DNA from: Oligoflexales bacterium
GTDB lineage: Bacteria; Bdellovibrionota_B; Oligoflexia; Oligoflexales; Bog-1112
Length of the DNA stretch: 18,844 nucleotides
Reading direction: 5' to 3'
NCBI GenBank assembly: GCA_045105515.1
Contig: JBGCDR010000190.1
Coordinates: 1 to 18,844, forward strand
Below the pieces are notes generated by a model that worked only from the letters and a program-made list of their open reading frames with translations, ran no database searches and was not told where the DNA came from. Position 1 is the stretch's first letter, and each line of letters starts with the position of its first letter. Positions 1 through 9,428 of the stretch are shown in pieces. A program made the position numbers and the translations under genes.

Positions 1-421
1 AGATCGGCATTGTGTTGGCGGTAAATATAGACACCGACACCGCCGTGATTTTTTTTACATAATTAAAATCATCGGAAACTCTGTCATAAATCAATTTTAG
101 AGGATCTTTCTACAGATTAGGTCCTAGATGCCAGTAATTATAAAAATTAGTCATTTTGAATAATTTTTATAAAACTAAATCGACTCAATTTTTTTCAAGC
201 AAAGGAATTAAATTGTTCAATATATACGCATCTAAGAAGATACAAACATGTTTTAAGCAGGCACTCCCTACAACTTTTTTTCATTGCTAAGTCCCCCTAA
301 TTTTCTAAAAATATGTAGATTTTAGAGCTGCATAATGCCATAAGATGAAAGTTTGAAATCGTCTGTACAACACGGTTTCCATTTGTGGTTAACAGGGAGT
401 CTAGCTAAAGAAAGCTCAAAG

Positions 422-1231
422 ATGAAAACAACGCTCACATTTTTACTAACCCTATTCTTAAGTGCCTGTGGATTAAAAGAAGAATCAAAGCAGAAGAAGT
501 ATCTTTTATTTTCTTCTGTAGGTAATAATAGCATTCATGAGCAGTGGTTAGATTGCAATAGAGAGTTCAAGTCCATTCTCTATTACTGGGACCAGGACCA
601 AATTCCTGATTCTAAAGAAATCGATGAGCTAGTGGTAAAAAAAGGTTTTAAGTACCCAAACTTTTACCACTATTACATAAATCACAAAGAAGAAGTTTTA
701 GGCTATGACGCAATTTTTATTCCTGATGATGATCTTAGAATCTCTTGCCAAGAAATCAATCGCCTATTTACAGTATTCACAGCAAATAATTTATGGCTGG
801 CTCAACCTTCCCTTGACAAAGATTCTCTCCATAGCTGGCCCATCACTCTACAAACCGAAGATTCACTTTTACGCTATACTAATTTTGTAGAAAACCAAGC
901 AGCAATTATAGATCCACAGAACTTAGAACAATACGTGGAAGTATTTGCCGAAGCTAAAACTGGCTTTGGAGTAGATTTCATCCTTACTCACAAGCTAAAC
1001 TACCCAATCGATAGGATTGCTATCATTGATGCGATTTCAGTCCATCATCCCTATAATCAGTCTAGCCTCAATGATAAAGTAGCTCGTAGCAAACACCCCC
1101 AAGAAGGTGCTGCCCTTATGATGAAACATGGGTTAAATTTAGGTATTGATGACCCATCAGAGTATGACTATGGAATGCGCCCTCCTTTTGAAATTAAGGA
1201 GTATAGCTCTATTAAACTTCCTAAAAAATAA
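422..1231 (+). CDS. Lipoprotein with DUF707-like (GT-A-like glycosyltransferase) domain, 269 aa
   Basis: ATG at 422 gives MKTTLTFLLTLFLSA-C, a clean lipobox, so it is preferred over TTG 353. Motifs YDAIFIPDDDL, LWLAQPSL, LRYTNFVE, GFGVDF and IAIIDAISVHH match my recollection of DUF707 proteins. Confidence 0.75.
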   Translation: MKTTLTFLLTLFLSACGLKEESKQKKYLLFSSVGNNSIHEQWLDCNREFKSILYYWDQDQIPDSKEIDELVVKKGFKYPNFYHYYINHKEEVLGYDAIFIPDDDLRISCQEINRLFTVFTANNLWLAQPSLDKDSLHSWPITLQTEDSLLRYTNFVENQAAIIDPQNLEQYVEVFAEAKTGFGVDFILTHKLNYPIDRIAIIDAISVHHPYNQSSLNDKVARSKHPQEGAALMMKHGLNLGIDDPSEYDYGMRPPFEIKEYSSIKLPKK

Positions 1232-1258
1232 GCTCACGATTCTTGCCAATTTTTAACG

Positions 1259-2968
1259 CTAAGGAATCAACAATTTTTTAGTTTGCATTAGAACATTTTC
1301 ACCTTCTAAAGCCAAAAACATCTGAAATCCTTCGATTTGCCTCATAAAACATAAAAATATGTTGGGGTCGCTGTGAATCAGCTTAATTGCTTTGGCAACT
1401 TCCATAGTAAATTTTTTATATTTTTCAGCTTGCATATAAGATTTGGCATGTTTTAAATGATCAAGAGTCCTATCAAGTAATTTTTCTCCCTCCTCAACAA
1501 AATTAGCATATGATTTTGCACTATTATCAAAACCCTTATGATATCGATGCTGGTCAAAATTATTCCGCACTGCATTTTCAAAATGTACCAACCAGAGCGA
1601 CTTTGTTAGATCATTTGCAGTATTAACTAACTGCACAATAGCAGCCATACTAAACTTGTTGAGAAACTGGATTTTAGCATAACCATGTTTATGGCTTAAC
1701 TTGTCAAAATTAAGTTGAGGCCTCAGACCTATCCTCTTTCCTAAGTCCACTAAACGCTTATTAATATCATCATCATCGATACCTTCCTTTTCAAAAACCC
1801 AAGAATAGGTACCTGCAAAAGATCGATTTTTCTCATTACTAATATCTAAGTTAGTAAAGCTTAAGCTCATTTTTAGTTTATGTTTACTTAGAATCCCCGC
1901 TGTATTTTTCTTGTCAAGAATTAGGCTAGAAACTTGTTTAGAGGCATCAGTCGTTTCTAGGCCTAACTCTGACGCAGAAGATTTCGATTCTAGGTGGGAT
2001 GCCCCCCATAGAAAAGGGAGGATAAAGATCTGAAAATTTGCGATGCCTTTGTATTTTGCTAAGCCTTTTTCGATTTGAACAATTCCAGAACATCTTTCTT
2101 CACTTGCCTTCTGCGCAGATTCAAGCTTCCCTTTCATGAGATCTAAAAGAACATTTTTTGCTTGATTACTACTTAAGTCCAAGTCGAACTGGAAAAGTCG
2201 ATCTCTTCCGCGAAAATTCTCTATCCCAAGTGCAAAAAAAAGTCCATCAAACTCATATCCAAAGCTATAAATTTTACTCTTCGTCACGCTAAAACGCATT
2301 TTATTTTTAGAAATTTTTTCAAAGCCAACAACCCAATCCCCCATAACATTAAAAACCGGGCCAGTGTAAAGGAAAGGCTCTAGGCCACCATCAATCATAA
2401 AAGTTATGCTAGCATTTTTTTTGAAAAAAAGTCGATCTCCTACCCTCCATTGACTTAACTCTTTTTGATTTGAAGGAATAATCAGCTTCTTGCTTAGGTA
2501 CTTGATATCCTTTTTTTTATCGATTCGCCGCTCTACATAGGTAAATTTGGACGTTTGTGGCATAAGACTGAAGCTAGTCACTGGCATACCAAAAGCTAAA
2601 TGGAAGTCTAATCCTAAGGCTACTGTAATCGATTTATTCTGCTTGTATATGTAGCCGATTTCCGTTTTATGTTCATGTCTATGAATATCCCTATGACCAT
2701 ATTGTTTGAGATTGATCAATCGAGAATATTTATCACCATCGAGAGAAAAAATCGGTGCAAATGCTATCTCAAAGTGCCCTCCAAACTCCTTATGCAACCC
2801 ATAGTGCATCCCTTCTCCAAGAGCATATTCAAATGGTGCATGAATATGGTAACCATGAGCCAAGTCCGTCTCTGAAAACGGGTCGTTGCTTCTATTCGGA
2901 AGCCCATGAGCAAATAAGGCGCCATCAATAAGAAAGATAAAAAAAATGATATAAAAATGGGGGACCAT
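1259..2968 (-). CDS. Secreted hypothetical protein, 569 aa
   Basis: Long ORF, SD-like AGAGGA upstream of ATG, signal peptide ending ALFA, His-rich N-terminus, beta-strand-rich middle and helical C-terminus. Function not recognised. Confidence 0.8.
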   Translation of the reverse strand: MVPHFYIIFFIFLIDGALFAHGLPNRSNDPFSETDLAHGYHIHAPFEYALGEGMHYGLHKEFGGHFEIAFAPIFSLDGDKYSRLINLKQYGHRDIHRHEHKTEIGYIYKQNKSITVALGLDFHLAFGMPVTSFSLMPQTSKFTYVERRIDKKKDIKYLSKKLIIPSNQKELSQWRVGDRLFFKKNASITFMIDGGLEPFLYTGPVFNVMGDWVVGFEKISKNKMRFSVTKSKIYSFGYEFDGLFFALGIENFRGRDRLFQFDLDLSSNQAKNVLLDLMKGKLESAQKASEERCSGIVQIEKGLAKYKGIANFQIFILPFLWGASHLESKSSASELGLETTDASKQVSSLILDKKNTAGILSKHKLKMSLSFTNLDISNEKNRSFAGTYSWVFEKEGIDDDDINKRLVDLGKRIGLRPQLNFDKLSHKHGYAKIQFLNKFSMAAIVQLVNTANDLTKSLWLVHFENAVRNNFDQHRYHKGFDNSAKSYANFVEEGEKLLDRTLDHLKHAKSYMQAEKYKKFTMEVAKAIKLIHSDPNIFLCFMRQIEGFQMFLALEGENVLMQTKKLLIP

Positions 2969-3147
2969 GTCTTTCCTCTAAAATTCAAACTGTTGATGAT
3001 TTATTCAATCAACTTGAAACCCAATAAAATTTCAATATTTTTTACGGTGCATAGACTATTTACTCACAATTTTTAAGTATTAATTGAGCTTATTTATAGG
3101 TTTTGCTAGGATCCCGAAGTCTCTAGAACCTAAGGAGCTAAGTACTT

Positions 3148-3621
3148 ATGAAAAGAATAGCCGTTATTTTTATCGCTTGCGCGTTTTTAACAACTTCCTC
3201 AAAAACCTGTTTTGCAGGCTCACCCGAAAGTGAGTTCGAACGAGACTACCGCACGGTTAAATCCATCATTTATACTGGACTAACCCTTGCCGCTGTCACA
3301 GGGTTAGCGGCAATGTGTTGGGGCGTCTTAGACTATGCTCAAGATTTTGAGGAACAGGGCCAAATTTATGCTGATAGCAAAGCAAAATTTTATCGAGGGG
3401 CTTCCGAGCCTGGGAACAGAATTGGAAAAAAAATGAGCCGAACTTTTTATAAATTTGGGAAAAATGCTATCAATAAAGATCAACAACAGAGAATGTCAGA
3501 AGAAACCCGGGCACTTCATAGAATTCCATTTATAAATACTTTGTATGGAGTAGGTTATGGCAATGCTCCAGGTCTAGCTAACAAGCTCAACGATTTAGAT
3601 CAATATTTTGACCACAATTGA
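3148..3621 (+). CDS. Hypothetical protein with signal peptide and one TM segment, 157 aa
   Basis: AAGGAG upstream of ATG; hydrophobic N-terminus MKRIAVIFIACAFL; second hydrophobic stretch IIYTGLTLAAVTGLAAMCWGVL. Confidence 0.75.
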   Translation: MKRIAVIFIACAFLTTSSKTCFAGSPESEFERDYRTVKSIIYTGLTLAAVTGLAAMCWGVLDYAQDFEEQGQIYADSKAKFYRGASEPGNRIGKKMSRTFYKFGKNAINKDQQQRMSEETRALHRIPFINTLYGVGYGNAPGLANKLNDLDQYFDHN

Positions 3622-3664
3622 GCTTTGGAATGGATGAATACTCTACTTTCTTTACACCCACCAA

Positions 3665-4708
3665 TTAATTTGGAAACTCAGATTTTATTTCATGAGGAAA
3701 AAAACTTGGTTCATTTAATGTATTTTGATAGCGTTTTTGGAGTTCTTTGAACTCTTCTGCTTCCACAATATTACGAAGTGCATTCAGGTTTTTACTTCGA
3801 AAATTCCAGGTATTATGTAAGTAGTATTCTACTTCGGCAAGATTACTCAGCTTGCTTATTTTCCCTTGTAAACCAGTTTTTACTTCTAAGGGATTTTTAA
3901 ACGGCTTAAGCCAAATCCCACCTTGGAGATATCTAATAGATAGTGCAATCATTCCAGTCCGATGCAAACCACCAGTACAATGAAATAAGACAGGTCCTTT
4001 ACCTGCAAGTACAAGTTCAAGAGTATTAAAGAAGCTACTACGGGAAGCAATGATATTTACAATCCCATTATCACTAATTTCTTCTGCAAAATAATTCACA
4101 ATGTCAGGCTCAGCTATGGTCGAAATGGGGAGGCTTACCACATCATTTAAAGGGTCTTGACCAGAGAGGAAGACTCTGCTGTTCAAAGGATGAAAAAAGC
4201 TAATATTTGCGAATTTACCACCTTTTCCAAACATTTTTGCTTGTTCGTAAACAAATGGAATGATTCCATTGAATACATGAGTAATCGGGGAAACCCACGA
4301 GCCAACAATACTGCGTTTGTATCCCTCCTTATTCATAAATACTACGGTACTTGGAAGCTCTAATTTCGCCCTATTCATAAATGAAAAGAGCTCTTCTACC
4401 CCACGTTCTCCCAATGCCTTGGACCTATATATTTTATGGTATTTATTATGTATGACAGCACCAAAATTCAGAGGTTCATAAGAGTAGCAATTTTTCGAAA
4501 AGAACTTAAACTTTGTTTGCAGTTCCTCTAAGCTTGAGCTGTTCCATAATCCAGGGAAAGCTTCTTCCATACTTGGATCAAGTAGCAAACCCTTAGTATT
4601 GCTTTGTTCCTTAGCAAAGGCTGAGTTTAGCGCAGAAACAAGGGTTAAAAAGCCCACAAGCAAGCAAGATATTCGCATCACCAGCGCTGTCTTTCTAAGA
4701 AGAGCCAT
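3665..4708 (-). CDS. Secreted cysteine-dependent (CX5R) phosphatase, PTP/DSP superfamily
   Basis: P-loop GPVLFHCTGGLHRTG (HCTGGLHRTG at nt 3953-3982); N-terminal PLNFGAV..IYRS motif; signal peptide ending SAFA; AGGA upstream of ATG. Confidence 0.85.
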   Translation of the reverse strand: MALLRKTALVMRISCLLVGFLTLVSALNSAFAKEQSNTKGLLLDPSMEEAFPGLWNSSSLEELQTKFKFFSKNCYSYEPLNFGAVIHNKYHKIYRSKALGERGVEELFSFMNRAKLELPSTVVFMNKEGYKRSIVGSWVSPITHVFNGIIPFVYEQAKMFGKGGKFANISFFHPLNSRVFLSGQDPLNDVVSLPISTIAEPDIVNYFAEEISDNGIVNIIASRSSFFNTLELVLAGKGPVLFHCTGGLHRTGMIALSIRYLQGGIWLKPFKNPLEVKTGLQGKISKLSNLAEVEYYLHNTWNFRSKNLNALRNIVEAEEFKELQKRYQNTLNEPSFFPHEIKSEFPN

Positions 4709-4808
4709 AATAATTCCTATGGGGAAATTTCAATTCTTACACTCAATCCACAACACTAATTTCTTCATAAAAATTTTTCAACGATAATAAAATTATAAAA
4801 ACAAGCAT

Positions 4809-4841
4809 AAAAAATCACCCTCCATAATATCGGAGGGTGAT
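4809..4841 (-). terminator. Rho-independent terminator
   Basis: Perfect 10-bp stem ATCACCCTCC (4814-4823) / GGAGGGTGAT (4832-4841), 8-nt loop, T-run following on the minus strand. Confidence 0.85.
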
Positions 4842-4970
4842 AAAATTTAAGATTGCCTGACTGCTATTGCTACTCACCTGCGTGGCAACATATGTGTCCT
4901 ATTAGATATTGCTGATAGCCAATTCAAGCTACGCTCACCTACGACAAAACCCAGGCTACTCGCTTAAGCT
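4809..4970 (-). ncRNA. Candidate small RNA or structured 3' UTR
   Basis: Locally GC-richer intergenic tract with repeated motif CGYAGGTGAG(CG)TAGC, short hairpins, a possible closing stem GCCTG/CAGGC and a strong terminator. No known family recognised. Confidence 0.3.
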
Positions 4971-5003
4971 AAAACTCAGTAATTAAGAGAATGTTTATCG
5001 AAT

Positions 5004-5306
5004 TTATTTCGCAGATGCATATCGAAGGTCATTATAGATCATATTTGCCCCATCATCTAAAAAGGCTTCAGCTCCATCATAACCAAGCTCCCAAGCTACA
5101 CTAGCAACATCCATCGGATCTAAGTGAGCAAGTTGACTAGAAGATTCTTCCAAAAAATCTAGGAAATGACCGACCAAAAGAAAATCACATTCTCCTGCAG
5201 TGGATCTAAAACCAAAAGGCTTGAGAATGATACTCATGCTTAAAGCCTCGTTGGAATATTCTCTTAAGAGTCGAAAATATCTAACTTTACGAATTTTTAA
5301 GACCAT
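5004..5306 (-). CDS. Hypothetical cytoplasmic protein, 100 aa
   Basis: ATG ORF filling the gap, divergent from rarA; basic N-terminus and acidic C-terminus; no recognised motif. Confidence 0.7.
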   Translation of the reverse strand: MVLKIRKVRYFRLLREYSNEALSMSIILKPFGFRSTAGECDFLLVGHFLDFLEESSSQLAHLDPMDVASVAWELGYDGAEAFLDDGANMIYNDLRYASAK

Positions 5307-5346
5307 AGGACCTGCTTTTTACTTTGTTGTGTGATATTTACCTACA

Positions 5347-5374
5347 CATTCGGGTTAATCTAGGCAAATATTTA
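5347..5374 (-). promoter_or_regulatory. Possible sigma-28 promoter (weak)
   Basis: TAAA-N16-CCCGAATG about 40 nt upstream of ATG 5306, against consensus TAAA-N15-GCCGATAA. Confidence 0.3.
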
Positions 5375-5492
5375 CCCAAGCTACTTTTAGTATTATAAAA
5401 AAAAGTTAAAGTTCCATATAATTCAAATAGGTTAAAACCAAAGTAAGCTGCCTCCTTCTAGGGTAGGGTCAGCTCACACAGCTGAGGCATCA

Positions 5493-6809
5493 ATGTTATT
5501 TGAAGATCAAGCAAAGTCCTTAAACACATATAATGATAAACCCTTACCAGAAAGGACAAGGCCCCAGAGCTTTGATCACATCAGAGGGCAGGATAAAATT
5601 TGGGCCATTGGCGCCCCACTACGTTCTTTAGTAGAGCAAGACGCTTTTTACTCTCTCATTTTTTGGGGGCCTCCTGGAAGTGGTAAAACAAGCGTAGCTC
5701 GGCTTATTGGCAAGGAGTCTAGAAGAACTCTTAAAACCCTTTCAGCAGTTCATGCGGGAGTAAAAGACCTAAGGACAGTTATCGAATCATCAAAACATGC
5801 TATTTCTAGAGGGGAGAAATCTTCCCTACTTTTTCTAGATGAAATCCATCGCCTCAGTAAAAACCAGCAAGATGTTCTGCTTCCAGCCCTTGAAGAAGGA
5901 ATAATCAAATTTATCGGAGCAACAACGGAAAACCCTTCTTTCGAAGTAAATGCAGCAATAAACTCCCGAAGTATGATTTTTAAATTTGAAAAAGTTAGTA
6001 AACAGGCCTTAAAAGAAATTCTAAAACAAGCTAGCCAGCACAAAAGTGTCACAGACCACTATAAACAAAGTTTATCGGATGAAGTTTTCAGAGCTATTGC
6101 GAATGCTAGTGACGGAGATGCTCGCAGAGCTCTTAACTTTCTGGAAGCAGTTTTGGCAGGAAGCGCTAATAAAGAAGGCCGGCATCTCAATTTAGAAGAC
6201 CTTAAAGGCTTAGAAAACTGCCTCCCTTTGAATTACGACAAAAATGGAGAACAGCATTACGACACAATCTCAGCGATGATTAAATCCATAAGAGCAAGCC
6301 ACCCTGATGCAGCAATCTACTACCTAGCTAAAATGCTTGATGCTGGTGAAGACCCTAATTTTCTTGCTAGGCGTCTCATTATCAGTGCTTCAGAAGATTG
6401 TGGCAATGCGAACCCACATGCTTTGAATTTTGCAGTTTCTGCTGCCCAGGCAGTGCATATGGTGGGAATGCCTGAAGCGAGAATCATTTTAGGACAAATC
6501 TGCTGCCTATTAGCTTCTTCCCCGAAATCTAACCGCAGTTACTTAGCTATGGACTTAGCCCTTGCTGCTGTGCGTGAAAATCGTGGTGTTGAAATTCCTA
6601 TGCACCTGCGAAATGCACCTACCAAATTGATGAAAGAATGGGGCTATGGAAAATCTTATAGCTATGCCCATGATGATCTGGAAGGCGCAAAAAAACTTGA
6701 GTACCTACCTAAAGATTTAAGCCAAAAATGTTTTTATGAACCAAGCGACGAAGGTTTCGAAGTAAACATAAAGCAAACTCTTGCTACAAGAAGGCCAACG
6801 GCTGACTAG
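5493..6809 (+). CDS. rarA: Replication-associated recombination protein A (RarA/MgsA AAA+ ATPase)
   Basis: Walker A GPPGSGKT, Walker [65 protein letters not shown]. Confidence 0.97.
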   Translation: MLFEDQAKSLNTYNDKPLPERTRPQSFDHIRGQDKIWAIGAPLRSLVEQDAFYSLIFWGPPGSGKTSVARLIGKESRRTLKTLSAVHAGVKDLRTVIESSKHAISRGEKSSLLFLDEIHRLSKNQQDVLLPALEEGIIKFIGATTENPSFEVNAAINSRSMIFKFEKVSKQALKEILKQASQHKSVTDHYKQSLSDEVFRAIANASDGDARRALNFLEAVLAGSANKEGRHLNLEDLKGLENCLPLNYDKNGEQHYDTISAMIKSIRASHPDAAIYYLAKMLDAGEDPNFLARRLIISASEDCGNANPHALNFAVSAAQAVHMVGMPEARIILGQICCLLASSPKSNRSYLAMDLALAAVRENRGVEIPMHLRNAPTKLMKEWGYGKSYSYAHDDLEGAKKLEYLPKDLSQKCFYEPSDEGFEVNIKQTLATRRPTAD

Positions 6810-7007
6810 AAAACCGAATCCTTAAGGACACTCCTATCTGAAAGAAGAGGTTTTTCGCTCTGTCTGGTAAAAAACGAGCCTCTGTTGAGAACTTAATCAT
6901 CATCTAATGAAGCTGAGTGGGCGACTTATTCTAAAAGACAATTCAACAGAAAAAAGGTATGATGTGCACGTTTATGCATTGTAGCTTAAATTAACTGGGG
7001 TAACACT

Positions 7008-8273
7008 TTGGCACAAAGACAAACGCAAACCCACTTTGAATCATTAAGACAAGCTAGCCTACAGCTATGCGAACCATTAAAACACGAAGACTACAACCTC
7101 CAGTGTATGGATGATGCAAGTCCACCCAAATGGCATCTTGCACATACTACCTGGTTTTTTGAGCAGTTTTTGCTTCTCCCCTTCAAGAAATCTTACTCTG
7201 CTTTTTCTGATTCATTTCATTTTTTGTTTAATTCATATTACGAAACCGCTGGCAACCTATACCCTAGGCCTAGAAGAGGGCTCATAGCAAGGCCAACCCT
7301 TGAAACCGTTTTAAGGTACCGTAGTTCTGTAGATGAGCATATGCAGGAACTTTTGCACCATACAGAGCACCCAGATTATGAAAAAATCCTGGCGACCGCT
7401 GAAATAGGTCTGCACCATGAGCAGCAGCATCAAGAATTACTGCTGACCGATACTAAGTTTAATTTTTTCTGTCAACATGAAAGACCTGTATATCGAAGAT
7501 CTACGAGAAAGACGCTTAAACCTAGCAACGAAAAACCTTCTTGGATCGAACTTGATAAGGGAGTCCATGAAGTTGGCCATGACCTTACAACAGGTTTCGG
7601 ATACGACAATGAGTGCCCTTTACACAAAGTTTATATCAATCCAGTATCAATAAGTTCACACCTGAGCACCAATGGAGAGTTTGCTGAATTTATTGATGCA
7701 GGTGGGTATGAGCGCGTAGATCTTTGGCTTTCTGAGGGTTGGAACTTTATCAATAAAGAAGGAATACGGCATCCCATGTACTGGGAAAAAATCGGCAACG
7801 ATTGGTATGAATTTACTTTATCTGGTCGTAGAATGCTTGATCTTAATGCCCCTGTTTGCCACTTAAGTTACTTTGAAGCTGATGCATTTGCTAACTGGAA
7901 AAATTGCCGTCTACCCACAGAGTTTGAGTGGGAAGTAGCAAGCAAAGGTATCACTGTCGCAGGAAACTTTCTTGAAACTCAAAGTTTCCATCCACTGCCT
8001 CCTGCAGTGCAAAATCAAAATTCACAGGGATTTTCGCAATTTTTTGGCGATGTATGGGAGTGGACTCAAAGTGCCTACGCACCCTATCCAAACTTCAAAA
8101 GCCTTCATGGTTCCCTTGGAGAATATAATGGGAAATTCATGTGCAATCAATACACATTACGCGGTGGATCCTGCGTAAGTCCTGAGTATCATATCCGTAG
8201 AACTTATCGCAATTTTTTTAGCCCCCACTCTAGATGGCAGTTTACCGGCATTCGCCTTGCAAAAGATGACTAG
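7008..8273 (+). CDS. egtB: Ergothioneine biosynthesis sulfoxide synthase EgtB
   Basis: DinB-like domain with SPPKWHLAHTTWFFE and iron-binding HEQQHQE; FGE-sulfatase-like domain (RLPTEFEWE, GDVWEWT, EYNGKFM, RGGSC, YRNFF, RWQFTGIRLA); adjacent to egtD; TTG start. Confidence 0.95.
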   Translation: MAQRQTQTHFESLRQASLQLCEPLKHEDYNLQCMDDASPPKWHLAHTTWFFEQFLLLPFKKSYSAFSDSFHFLFNSYYETAGNLYPRPRRGLIARPTLETVLRYRSSVDEHMQELLHHTEHPDYEKILATAEIGLHHEQQHQELLLTDTKFNFFCQHERPVYRRSTRKTLKPSNEKPSWIELDKGVHEVGHDLTTGFGYDNECPLHKVYINPVSISSHLSTNGEFAEFIDAGGYERVDLWLSEGWNFINKEGIRHPMYWEKIGNDWYEFTLSGRRMLDLNAPVCHLSYFEADAFANWKNCRLPTEFEWEVASKGITVAGNFLETQSFHPLPPAVQNQNSQGFSQFFGDVWEWTQSAYAPYPNFKSLHGSLGEYNGKFMCNQYTLRGGSCVSPEYHIRRTYRNFFSPHSRWQFTGIRLAKDD

Positions 8274-8296
8274 CAACATTAAAAAAAGGAGTAGTT

Positions 8297-9310
8297 TTGA
8301 GTTCTGAAATCATTGACCTGCAAGCAGAGAACCTTAAACAATCTTACGATGAGATTTCCAAACACACATTTGCAACTGAACTTTTGTTAGGCCTTTCAGC
8401 CCAACCTAAGCATATTCCCTCCAAGTATTTTTATGATGACCTTGGCTCACGACTGTTTCAGCAGATAATGGGCCTTCCAGAGTATTACTTGACAGATTGT
8501 GAGATGCAGATCCTTAAATCTCATGCCACTGACATTGTCAACAAGCTTGGAAATGGACCAGTGAATATTGTTGAACTTGGGGCTGGAGACGGATCAAAGA
8601 CCAAGTTGATCCTAAAATCATTTTTTGAAAAAAATATTCCCATCACTTACTATCCTCTCGACATATCCAACGATGCTTTGAAACAACTTATCCAATCATT
8701 TGGCAAGGAATTTGATCATCTCAAGATTAAGGGAATCCAATCAGATTATGAAGAAGGAGTGAGGTGGATCAGCAAGCATAACAGCCAAAAGAACCTCATT
8801 TTATTTTTAGGATCCAATATTGGAAACATGTTACTCAAAGATGCTAAGACATTCTTGCGAAAACTTTGGAGTTCCCTCAACCACGAAGACGAAGTCCTCA
8901 TAGGCTTTGATTTGAAAAAAGATATTTCATTACTACTTCCTGCCTACAACGATAGGCAAGGAATTACCCGCGACTTCAACTTGAATTTACTCAAACATGT
9001 CAATGTCCGTTTAGGTGCGAATTTCAATATCGATAATTTTCGCCACTACGGAACTTATGATGCTGAGCGCGGTGCTATGGTGAGTTACCTAATTAGCCAA
9101 AAATCGCAGGAAGTTCATATTGCCAACCTAAATAAGACCTTTTCTTTTTTACCATTTGAGCCTATCCAGGTAGAATTTTCGTATAAGTTCCTTATCGAGG
9201 AAATCGAAGCCATAAGTGAGCAAACAGGTTTTCGGATTGAAGCCGAGTGGTACGACGAGAAGGGATGGTTCGTAGATGTACTCCTTTCAGTCCAAAAGAA
9301 CAAAAAATAG
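8297..9310 (+). CDS. egtD: L-histidine N-alpha-trimethyltransferase EgtD
   Basis: PSKYFYDDLGSRLFQQIMGLPEYYLT, SAM motif VELGAGDGSKT, FLGSNIGN, GFDLKKD, AYNDRQGITRDFNLN, EFSYKF; AAGGAG 5 nt before the TTG start; 23 nt after egtB. Confidence 0.95.
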   Translation: MSSEIIDLQAENLKQSYDEISKHTFATELLLGLSAQPKHIPSKYFYDDLGSRLFQQIMGLPEYYLTDCEMQILKSHATDIVNKLGNGPVNIVELGAGDGSKTKLILKSFFEKNIPITYYPLDISNDALKQLIQSFGKEFDHLKIKGIQSDYEEGVRWISKHNSQKNLILFLGSNIGNMLLKDAKTFLRKLWSSLNHEDEVLIGFDLKKDISLLLPAYNDRQGITRDFNLNLLKHVNVRLGANFNIDNFRHYGTYDAERGAMVSYLISQKSQEVHIANLNKTFSFLPFEPIQVEFSYKFLIEEIEAISEQTGFRIEAEWYDEKGWFVDVLLSVQKNKK

Positions 9311-9428
9311 CAGTTATCTTAGAATATTAATGAATCAATTCATATTTTTTTCTAGCAGGACTTTCACTTTGACTAAGTTCTGTGCTATACATCTTCGAGT
9401 TTTTTAGCCCGTCATAAATGGACAATAA

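Noticed and set aside
1..130. Partial CDS or terminator at the left edge (GGCGGT...ACCGCC followed by a T-run)
   Set aside because: Truncated context, several short frames possible and a large loop; cannot be assigned.
6810..7007. Possible riboswitch before egtB (stem TCTGTTGA 6881-6888 / TCAACAGA 6943-6950)
   Set aside because: No SAM, SAH or other aptamer consensus recognised, and no expression platform visible.
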